Shown here: one piece after another, positions 17,533 through 24,967 of the stretch
How positions within the stretch are numbered: the first letter of the stretch is position 1
Layout of the letters: each line of letters starts with the position of its first letter
DNA from: Woeseiaceae bacterium
GTDB lineage: Bacteria; Pseudomonadota; Gammaproteobacteria; Steroidobacterales; Woeseiaceae
Reading direction: 5' to 3'
Length of the DNA stretch: 33,914 nucleotides
NCBI GenBank assembly: GCA_049583345.1
Contig: JBAUVS010000592.1
Coordinates: 1-33,914 of the forward strand
Translations under genes and position numbers: made by a program
The notes under the pieces: generated by a model
The model's input: the letters and a program-made list of their open reading frames with translations, nothing else
Told to the model about the DNA's origin: nothing
The model's database searches: none

Positions 17533-18087
17533 GTGACCATAGGCGAACGGCTTAGAAAAATCAGGAGAACTCAGGGACGCACCCTCAAAGAAATCGCCGG
17601 CAACTCCAATATCACCGTCAGCTTGCTATCCAAGATCGAGAACAACAAGTCGCAACCTCCGATCGCAACGCTTACCCGCATTTCCAGCGCTCTGGGAGTC
17701 AGCACTTCATCGCTGCTTAGCGACGATGATGAACCCGGAACGATTTTCGTCCCGGCGAAGAACACGGCGCAGACGACACGCGCCGATAAGGGCTATGAGT
17801 TTTTTAGCTTCGCGACGCAGCGGCCGTCGAAACTGATGGACGTATTCCTGTTCTCGGCAAAGAAAGGAGAAGTGACCCCGCAAGCCATGTGTCACAGCGG
17901 TGAAGAATTCATCTACGTCCTGAGCGGCAAGATGGAATATTCAGTCGGCAGTGCGCAATTTACGCTAAAAGCCGGAGATGCGCTGTATTTTGATTCAGAG
18001 GCGGATCACGACCTGCAGCCGCTTACCAAGGAAGTAAAATACCTCGCAGTGTTCTGTTCCCGGCCGAAGAATAAGAAGAAGAAATAG
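17533..18087 (+). CDS. XRE-family HTH transcriptional regulator with C-terminal cupin sensor domain
   Basis: The GTG start at 17533 gives 184 aa. The HTH region is IGERLRKIRRTQGRTLKEIAGNSNITVSLLSKIENNKSQPPIATLTRISSALGV and the cupin region is HSGEEFIYVLSGKMEYSVG...LKAGDALYFDSEADHDL. The upstream part of the track ORF is AT-rich non-coding. By eye the gene is less GC-rich than its neighbours. Confidence 0.85.
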   Translation: MTIGERLRKIRRTQGRTLKEIAGNSNITVSLLSKIENNKSQPPIATLTRISSALGVSTSSLLSDDDEPGTIFVPAKNTAQTTRADKGYEFFSFATQRPSKLMDVFLFSAKKGEVTPQAMCHSGEEFIYVLSGKMEYSVGSAQFTLKAGDALYFDSEADHDLQPLTKEVKYLAVFCSRPKNKKKK

Positions 18088-19887
18088 TCAGTCTTTCCCG
18101 GATTTCAGTCCGAAGGCCTGGATACGGTCCGTACCGACGATAACCCGTCCGTTGACGACGGCGGGTTCGTTGTATTTTCCGCTAGTGTGCAGTTCGCCAT
18201 CCCGGCTGCGCCACAGCACCTCCAGTGTCTCGCCGTCCATGGCATAGAGAATCGGCTGTGGCGGATTGTCCGCGTCCCACGGAGACACGGCTCTGGTCGC
18301 ATTCATGTCCAGCACCCATATGATGGCGTCCCGGACGCCGTTGCTACTAATCACCGGCGAACCGGGATTCAGGAACACTTGCGAGAGATTCTGGCGATCC
18401 ACGGACAGATAGGCGGGTCTGCCGGGTTCAGTCACGATGGCCATACGCACCAGGCTGGGTGGGATATTTTCGACGGACTCGGCGTTGACCTTCGTGTTAC
18501 CTGTGGCGTAGAGATAATGGTGCCCGGCGCCGTCGTGATAATAAGCCGCCGTCGTTCGGCTCTTCGCGTAGTCGTACCATCCCAGGTCGGCCGAATAGGG
18601 TCCGAATACGTTCAACGGACCGCGTTGGCCGAATTGCGGTTGATCTTCGGGAGGCAGCAGCGACAGGTCGCTGGTCGAGTCGTCACTGCAAGGGTGCCGG
18701 CGCACGAGACTGCCCGGCATGTTGTCACGATCCAGCAGGAACGCGTTGCCCTGCTTGCCGCCGACCAGCGCAAGCAGCCGCGGAGTACTGGTCTGCGCAG
18801 GATCAAGGTCGATCACCAGCGTGCCGCTGCTACCGAGATCGATATCGTTGGATTGCGCGCGGCAGTAGTCGAATGGCGTGAATGTGCCGACGAGTTCAAA
18901 GCCTGCGGGGCCGTCGTTCAACTGGAGTATCGACTGGCCCCAGTTGTGGTCGCTGTCAGGAAAGACCCCGGCGATACCTGCCTTGTTGACGGCAAAAACG
19001 ACACTTGCGCCGGTGGCTATATACACGCGATCTTGTTCGTCCACGGCCGTTCCGCTGGCCGCCCACATGCCGCCCTGATGTTCGGCCGTCACCGCGGTCG
19101 TCGAGAATGCCGAAGCGACTTTCGCTTCGTTCGTATCCACTGAGACCAGCCAGCCACTGAACGTGTCCTTGCCGAAGGGAACGTACAGCCGCGTGCCGTT
19201 GCCATTCAGGTTCAGCGCGCCCCGCTGGATCACGTACGGCCTGTCAGGAAACTCTGTCGGGCCGTTCCGATTCATCCCGGGAACGTTGATGGTGGCGTGG
19301 CTGATCTCGACAGGCCAGCCTGGGGCCAACTGGCCGCTGCCGAGATCGAACGCGTGGACCTGGTAGTTCGCCGTATTGTCGCAACTGACGACGTACACGC
19401 GATGCGTTGCCGCATCGATGACGGGCGTGCCCAGCACGGCCTCGCGACCGTTGACGCAAGGTTCCGTCGTCAGTCGGCGGCTCCACAGAATTTCGCCGGG
19501 AGGGATATCGCCGTGCTCTCCGGCATTGATCGCATAGAGGTAACCGGTCCCAGTGGCCGCGATCACGACGGCAGTGCTTTCGCCGTCATGCGGCCCACCC
19601 TCGAGCCGCAGCTTGGACACGTACAGTGGCGAAGCGAAGATCCGCGGCGCTTCGTTATTGAAAGAATCGAGCTGCGGCGACTCCCACTTGAGTTCCAACC
19701 CGGAACCGGCAACGTTATCCGGCGTGAGGATCGTCTCGAAGCGGTTCCAGCCACTGCGCTTCCGGTCGTTGTGTTGCATCAGCTTGTCGACGCCCGGAAC
19801 CGCCAGGTCTCCGGTCGACACGCAGGCGCAGACGAACAGCCACACGCCAAGCAGCACCAATCCGCCGCGTAGCGGCAGCAATCTCAT
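18088..19887 (-). CDS. Exported beta-propeller repeat protein (PQQ-like/BamB-like repeats), function unknown
   Basis: ATG 19887-19885 overlaps the upstream stop 19886-19884 (ATGA), giving 599 aa. The leader is MRLLPLRGGLVLLGVWLFVCAC. Recurrent blade-like segments include ASPLYV, GTPVID...RVYVVS, YQVHAFDLGSG, RVYIATG, LYAMDGETLEVLW and NGRVIVGTD. I saw no vicinal Cys-Cys or other quinoprotein hallmark. Confidence 0.7.
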   Translation of the reverse strand: MRLLPLRGGLVLLGVWLFVCACVSTGDLAVPGVDKLMQHNDRKRSGWNRFETILTPDNVAGSGLELKWESPQLDSFNNEAPRIFASPLYVSKLRLEGGPHDGESTAVVIAATGTGYLYAINAGEHGDIPPGEILWSRRLTTEPCVNGREAVLGTPVIDAATHRVYVVSCDNTANYQVHAFDLGSGQLAPGWPVEISHATINVPGMNRNGPTEFPDRPYVIQRGALNLNGNGTRLYVPFGKDTFSGWLVSVDTNEAKVASAFSTTAVTAEHQGGMWAASGTAVDEQDRVYIATGASVVFAVNKAGIAGVFPDSDHNWGQSILQLNDGPAGFELVGTFTPFDYCRAQSNDIDLGSSGTLVIDLDPAQTSTPRLLALVGGKQGNAFLLDRDNMPGSLVRRHPCSDDSTSDLSLLPPEDQPQFGQRGPLNVFGPYSADLGWYDYAKSRTTAAYYHDGAGHHYLYATGNTKVNAESVENIPPSLVRMAIVTEPGRPAYLSVDRQNLSQVFLNPGSPVISSNGVRDAIIWVLDMNATRAVSPWDADNPPQPILYAMDGETLEVLWRSRDGELHTSGKYNEPAVVNGRVIVGTDRIQAFGLKSGKD

Positions 19888-21176
19888 TCGCCCACGACCT
19901 CCCGCCACCCGTTGTTGAACGTAATGGCGAGCTTCGCGTCCACGTCGCCGATATTTCGCGCCTTGTGCAGGACTCCTTGCGGGATGCTGACCGTATCGCC
20001 CGCGGACATTTCCACGGTTTCGTCACCCACAGTCTGGGCGATCCTGCCGCTCAGCACATGCAGTATCTCGTCGCAATTTGGGTGAAAGTGCAGCGAATTC
20101 GATTCGCCCGGCCGCACGGTCGCCATACCGACCGTCATGGTCTTCGAATTTTTGAGTGGCCCTGAAACATACCATTCGATTTCGCCCCACGGTTTTTCGA
20201 CGCGCTGATCGTCCGCCGAATGGCTCACGATCGCCTCCGGCAATCGACGCGGATATTCACCTGCCGGAAACTCCGCCTGTTCGGCGGCATTGGCTGCGGT
20301 AGTCGTTGTCGCACCACCTTCCGGGACGTCGACGCCAGCCGTCCACAGCACGGCGTTCAAAAACGCGGTTCTGAGGGACGGGTTGTCCCAGGTTGCCAGA
20401 AAGTGCGCGCCGACGTATGCGAACGACCTGCCGCCGTTCTCTCGCTCGTAGGCCCAGGCGACGTTATACCGCTTTATCTCGAATTCGACTGTCGGTTCGC
20501 TGTGCTGGTAGTGAATCGGCAGTTCCGCGGTCCAGATCGGCGTAATTTTGCCAGCGGTACTGAATTCCAGCGTCGGAAAATACTCGTCGACCAGCACTGT
20601 ATCCTCGAGTCCGCGCGTGATCGGGTGCCCGGTCTCAGCGACGTTCAGTAACGCGGGCTTGGTCGTACGGTTGAAATATCCATACCGCGCCGCACCGACC
20701 CAGTCCTTCATCGGCACGGTCGTATTTCCTTCCGGGAGGGTAAAGGACTGGTGCAGGGCGACGAGGCCGACACCACGATCCACCAGCTTCGCAATCACGG
20801 CTTGCTTGCGCGCGTCCAACAGAGGATTGCGGTCTCTGCCGTTGAAGTAGAAGACGACCGTCGCCGCGTCCTCGAGTGCGTCCGCCGACGGCCATCCGTA
20901 AGGGTAGGCCTCGATCTCGAACTCCGGATGCGCCACCAGTTGCGGTGACCGACGCAGCATGTCTTCCATCAGCTGCACGCCGTGAGACCAGTCGTGTTCC
21001 CCGGGCGCAAAGACTCCGTCGCCGCCGATGAGGACGATCTTGCTGGTTGCAGGCTTCGCGCAAGCGGACAAACCCGCCCCGACGAGCAGCGTGGCGGCAA
21101 GCAATACCCCCGCATATGCTATGACGCCCGGCTGACGGCCGTCTCGGGTCCCTCGATTTTCCTTTCGCATATCCAT
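19884..21176 (-). CDS. ThuA-like domain fused to a C-terminal metal-binding cupin; predicted lipoprotein (paralog 1)
   Basis: The start MDMRKENRG (ATG 21176 or 21170, with GGGAGG just upstream) gives a leader ending in the lipobox LSAC. ThuA-like region is KIVLIGGD...GEHDW...VVFYFNG...GVGLVALHQS...AWAYERENGGRSFAYVGAHF...LNAVLWTAG. Both cupin motifs are intact: HFHPNCDEILHVLSG and GDTVSIPQGVLHKARN. Confidence 0.75.
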   Translation of the reverse strand: MDMRKENRGTRDGRQPGVIAYAGVLLAATLLVGAGLSACAKPATSKIVLIGGDGVFAPGEHDWSHGVQLMEDMLRRSPQLVAHPEFEIEAYPYGWPSADALEDAATVVFYFNGRDRNPLLDARKQAVIAKLVDRGVGLVALHQSFTLPEGNTTVPMKDWVGAARYGYFNRTTKPALLNVAETGHPITRGLEDTVLVDEYFPTLEFSTAGKITPIWTAELPIHYQHSEPTVEFEIKRYNVAWAYERENGGRSFAYVGAHFLATWDNPSLRTAFLNAVLWTAGVDVPEGGATTTTAANAAEQAEFPAGEYPRRLPEAIVSHSADDQRVEKPWGEIEWYVSGPLKNSKTMTVGMATVRPGESNSLHFHPNCDEILHVLSGRIAQTVGDETVEMSAGDTVSIPQGVLHKARNIGDVDAKLAITFNNGWREVVGE

Positions 21177-21237
21177 CAATCCTCCCGCCAGCACGCCATC
21201 GATCTTTTCATAGTGCTGAAGAACTCGTTCAAAAAGC

Positions 21238-22077
21238 TCAAGATGCCTTTGCGAGCCGCAGAGCCTTGAGCGCCTCGACCTGTCCCCTGATGCCGCGTTC
21301 CGTCGGCAGGCGCTCGATGCTTGAGGCTCCGAAGAAGCCATTCACGCCCGGCATCCTCTCCATGGCCGGACCCACCGATGCGGGTTCGTCGAACGGGCCA
21401 CCGTGGCAGATCACCAGCAGCTCCTTGTTCACGCTGCGGCCCGCACGCGCGATCTTCATCACCAGCTCGATGCTTTCCTCCATAGGGGAGGCGACAGCCG
21501 CACCGATACTGCCGGAGACCGTGAGCCCGACATGAGCAACCAGCATGTCCGCGCCGGCCTCGGCCATCGCGCGCGCCTGTTCCTGATCGAAAACATACGG
21601 CGAGCAGAACAGCCCCATCTCGTGCGCGATGGAGATCATCTCGATCTCCTTGTCGAAGCCCATCCCGGTGCCTTCCAGGTTGGCGCGAAAATCACCATCG
21701 ATCAGGCCAACCGTCGGGAAATTCTGGACGCCGGAAAATCCGGCTTCGGACAGCTGCCGGAGGAATACGGGCATCAGCCGAAACGGATCGGTGCCGCAAA
21801 CTCCGGCCAGTACCGGAATTCCCTTGACGACGGTTAATACTTCCGCCGCCATTTCCATTACGATGCCGTTCGCATCGCCATAGGGCATCAGCCCTGCAAG
21901 AGAACCGCGGCCCGCCATGCGGTACCGGCCCGAATTGTAGATGATGAGCAGGTCCGCACCACCGGCCTCCGCAAACTTGGCGGATATGCCGGTGCCCGCG
22001 CCACAACCGATGATCGGCTTCCCTGCGGCTACCTGGGACCTCAGCCGGTCGACTATTTCGTTGCGAGAGAGAGCCAT
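21238..22077 (-). CDS. Phosphoenolpyruvate-hydrolase-like TIM-barrel protein (partner of the Tm-1-like protein)
   Basis: 279 aa, no signal peptide, RBS GAGGAGGAA. Blocks are GKPIIGCGAGTGISAKFAEAGGADLLIIYNSGRYRMAGRGSLAGL, GVQNFPTVGL and ADMLVAHVGLT. Confidence 0.75.
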   Translation of the reverse strand: MALSRNEIVDRLRSQVAAGKPIIGCGAGTGISAKFAEAGGADLLIIYNSGRYRMAGRGSLAGLMPYGDANGIVMEMAAEVLTVVKGIPVLAGVCGTDPFRLMPVFLRQLSEAGFSGVQNFPTVGLIDGDFRANLEGTGMGFDKEIEMISIAHEMGLFCSPYVFDQEQARAMAEAGADMLVAHVGLTVSGSIGAAVASPMEESIELVMKIARAGRSVNKELLVICHGGPFDEPASVGPAMERMPGVNGFFGASSIERLPTERGIRGQVEALKALRLAKAS

Positions 22078-22125
22078 GGATTCCTCCTCGGTATTGTTCC
22101 GTACGTTTCGCCGTGGTCGCCGCGG

Positions 22126-23340
22126 CTATTGCTCAATGAGCTGCAGGAGCTGATCAGTCGCGGCAGACGAAAACTCGGCATCGTTGATGTTGTGATTGAG
22201 CTCGATCACGGGGATATCGCTCCGTACTTTCCGTTTGATCGCCTCGAAACAGGCCGCGTCGGCCTCAGGATCCCAGAATCGGTCGCCCTCCGAGTCGAGC
22301 ATCGAAACACCGCGAAGCGGCAGCAGGATTGCGCACGCGGCGGTCGAACGGTTCGCAGCGTTAGCGATCATTTCTCCGATGCGAGTGTTCTCATCGACAT
22401 TGGTACGCAGCAGCGTCACGTTCGGATTCCATTCATAAAGCAACCGATCCTGATACTTTTGGGGCACCGAGTCTCTGGAACCGAAATTCGCCATGTCGAC
22501 GCATCCGGGCACGAGCACGGCCGGGACGCCGGCCATTGCTGCGGCCAGGCACCGGTTCTGTCCTGCATCGAAAACGCCCCCGCAAACGAAGTCGGCGAGT
22601 TCCGTCGTTGTGATGTCCAGCACTCCCTCGACCTGCCGTTCCGCGATCAGAGATTCCATCGTACGTCCGCCGATGCCGGTGCAGTGGAATATGAGCGTTT
22701 CGAAACCGTGTTCGCGGAGTCTCTCACTGGCTGCCGAGACAGCCGTGGTCGTGTTGCCGAACATCGAGGCTGCGATCAGTCGCTGGTCCGTATGCGTGTC
22801 CTGTCGCGGCTGCGTTGATACCATGCCCGCCGCAGCCCCGGCCGCGTTCGCGAAGATCCGGCGACTGATGCGATTCAGACCCGCGACGTCCACTATAGAA
22901 GGAACAAATACAATGTCTTTGGTTCCGGCATAGGCGCTGACGTCGCCGCCCCCAACCGTGGAAACCATCACCTTCGGCACGCCAACGGGCAGAGCTCGCA
23001 TGGCCGCCGTAACGACCGATGTGCCTCCGCTGCCGCCCATCCCCATGATGCCGTCGATCTCACCGGCCGCGAATAACCTGGTAACGACGTTCTCGACGCC
23101 CCTGGTGACGGCTTTCATCGCCTCGTCCTTGTGCTTGCCGGACTTGAATTTGCCGATATCGCCGCCGCCCGATTCGATGACGCTTTCGCGGCTGACATCG
23201 GGATTGAAGTACGGTTCCCCTATGATGCCGAAATCGACGGTGAGGACGCTTACCCCGTGGCTCTCCAGGATCTCGCGCACATATTCGAATTCCTTACCCT
23301 TTGTGTCGAAAGACCCCACCAGGGCGATTGTCTTTTTCAT
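22126..23340 (-). CDS. Tm-1-like ATP-binding protein (UPF0261 family)
   Basis: The start MKKTIALVGSFDTKGKEFEY (ATG 23340, GGAG upstream) gives 404 aa with no signal peptide. Blocks are GMGGSGGTSVVTAAMRALPVGVPKVMVST, SMFGNTT, FHCTGIGGRTME, DITTTELAD and VPGCVDMANFG. Confidence 0.8.
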   Translation of the reverse strand: MKKTIALVGSFDTKGKEFEYVREILESHGVSVLTVDFGIIGEPYFNPDVSRESVIESGGGDIGKFKSGKHKDEAMKAVTRGVENVVTRLFAAGEIDGIMGMGGSGGTSVVTAAMRALPVGVPKVMVSTVGGGDVSAYAGTKDIVFVPSIVDVAGLNRISRRIFANAAGAAAGMVSTQPRQDTHTDQRLIAASMFGNTTTAVSAASERLREHGFETLIFHCTGIGGRTMESLIAERQVEGVLDITTTELADFVCGGVFDAGQNRCLAAAMAGVPAVLVPGCVDMANFGSRDSVPQKYQDRLLYEWNPNVTLLRTNVDENTRIGEMIANAANRSTAACAILLPLRGVSMLDSEGDRFWDPEADAACFEAIKRKVRSDIPVIELNHNINDAEFSSAATDQLLQLIEQ

Positions 23341-23498
23341 TTCGTTACTCCACGCCGACCGGCCTGGGCCGGGAGTCTGACAAATACCGCTCCTCGTACG
23401 AGGCAAAGGTGTTCGTAGCTGAACTGCCCTCCGGTACCGGGACTTGGATTTCGAATCCGTGGATCCTGCCGATTGGGTTCGGTTCCGGAGTGCGGTGC

Positions 23499-24830
23499 CT
23501 ATTCTCCGACTACTTCTCGCCAGGCCGTATCGAAACTGATGGCGAGCTGCGCGTCTTCGTCACCAATATTCGTTGCATTGTGGTGCACACCCTGCGGAAT
23601 GCTTATCGTGTCACCGGCGGACATTTCCACCGTTACCCCGTTCATCGAATGAAGGATCTTGCCGCTCAAGACGTGGAGCACCTCGCTGCAGTTCGGATGG
23701 AAGTGCACCGGGTTCGCTTTTCCGGGCAGAACCGTCGCCAGACCCACCGTCATCGAGTTTGAGTTGCCCAGCGCACCGGAGACGTACCACTCGATGCGCC
23801 CCCACGGCAGCTCGACAAGCTCGTAATCGTCTGGCTTACTGACGACAGCGTTAGTTATCCGCGTCGATTCACCGCCGGGAAACGACAGCTTGTTTGCCGC
23901 GTCCGGCTTCGCGTTTGTCGTGGCGCCCGCGGGCGGTACATCCTTGCCGGCCGTCCATAAGATTGCATTCAATAGTGCTGTCCTCGCCTGCACATCATCC
24001 CAACTTTTTTGGAAGTGACCGCCGCTGTATGCGAACGATCGGCCCCCATTCTTCCGTTCGTAGGCCCACGCGACTACATAGGCCGCGGGTGGAATGGATG
24101 CCGTCGGTACGCCTTCCAGATAGTGGATAGGCAATTCGGCTGTCCAGACCGGTGTTATCTTGCCGTTGGAATTATTGAATTCCAGCGTCGGATAGTACTC
24201 ATCGTAATGCACGAAGTTTTCGAGTCCGCGCAGGACCGGGTGATTACCAGTGCCGACAATCAACTCCGCGGGTTTCGTGGTCCGGTCGTGCTTGCCGTAA
24301 CGTACGCCGCCGAGCCATTGTTGCATCGGTACGCCAGTGTCCCCTTTTGGAAAGGTAAACGACTGGTGTAACGCGACCAGTCCCACTCCGCGATTCATCA
24401 GCTGTGCGAACACGTCGCGCTTTTTGGGGTCGAGCAACGGGTTTGATCCATCTCCATTGAAATAGAGGACGACAGTGGCTGCATGCTGTAGCGATTCATC
24501 GCCGGGCCAACCATACGGGTGCGCGTCGATTGTCAGATCCGAATACGCCGCCAGTTGGGGTGACTGTTTCAGCATCTCCTCGATGAACTTCACGCCATGT
24601 GGCCAATCGTGCTCGCCCGGCCTGCTCGTCCAATCGCCGCCGATGAGTACGATCCTGTTGCCTCGTTCCGCAGCATGGGCCGGGATCGTCGCGACGACTA
24701 CGGCCGCAATCACGGCAAGTGAGACAATCGCAACCCGCAAGATCGCCAAATAAGACGGCCACTCGCGATCCGTCACGGGAGCGAAGCTGGCCGGCAAATG
24801 CTGCCTATGATTGCGGGATCGTCGTGGCAT
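23499..24830 (-). CDS. ThuA-like domain fused to a C-terminal metal-binding cupin; exported (paralog 2)
   Basis: 443 aa with RBS AGGAG 9 nt upstream. The hydrophobic leader ends in AHAAE. It is collinear with paralog 1 over its whole length and ends identically in WREVVGE. The cupin motifs are HFHPNCSEVLHVLSG and GDTISIPQGVHHNATN. Confidence 0.8.
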   Translation of the reverse strand: MPRRSRNHRQHLPASFAPVTDREWPSYLAILRVAIVSLAVIAAVVVATIPAHAAERGNRIVLIGGDWTSRPGEHDWPHGVKFIEEMLKQSPQLAAYSDLTIDAHPYGWPGDESLQHAATVVLYFNGDGSNPLLDPKKRDVFAQLMNRGVGLVALHQSFTFPKGDTGVPMQQWLGGVRYGKHDRTTKPAELIVGTGNHPVLRGLENFVHYDEYYPTLEFNNSNGKITPVWTAELPIHYLEGVPTASIPPAAYVVAWAYERKNGGRSFAYSGGHFQKSWDDVQARTALLNAILWTAGKDVPPAGATTNAKPDAANKLSFPGGESTRITNAVVSKPDDYELVELPWGRIEWYVSGALGNSNSMTVGLATVLPGKANPVHFHPNCSEVLHVLSGKILHSMNGVTVEMSAGDTISIPQGVHHNATNIGDEDAQLAISFDTAWREVVGE

Positions 24831-24903
24831 CTCGTTTCACTCCTGACCTCTGAAGATATGCATTACACCGCGATGCGCTGCCCGGCATCCTCATTCACAT
24901 CTA

Positions 24904-24938
24904 TTGACGGTAGCTCAACTATATGTAATCCGTCAAGC
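24904..24938 (-). promoter_or_regulatory. Module-related box F between aspA and ThuA-cupin paralog 2
   Basis: The minus strand reads GCTTGACGGATTACATATAGTTGAGCTACCGTCAA. It shares GCTTGAC and the ATTACA(A)TAT..TTGA.CTA box with copy D but lacks the 9-nt spacer. It also forms a 7-bp inverted repeat, TTGACGG (24904-24910) and CCGTCAA (24930-24936). Confidence 0.35.
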
Positions 24939-24967
24939 AACAATGCCTCCGCTGTCGGTGATACGAA

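Noticed and set aside
23447-23459. tRNA T-loop-like string GGATTTCGAATCC, with GTAGCTGAACTG (D-loop-like) 30 nt upstream
   Set aside because: I could not fold a cloverleaf: the T stem pairs at only 3-4 positions and there is no acceptor stem. It is probably chance, or at most an ancient remnant.
24904-24936. Inverted repeat TTGACGG...CCGTCAA considered as the aspA terminator
   Set aside because: It has a 7-bp stem with a 19-nt loop and no T tract, so it would be a poor intrinsic terminator. I reinterpreted it as a module-related regulatory box (see findings).
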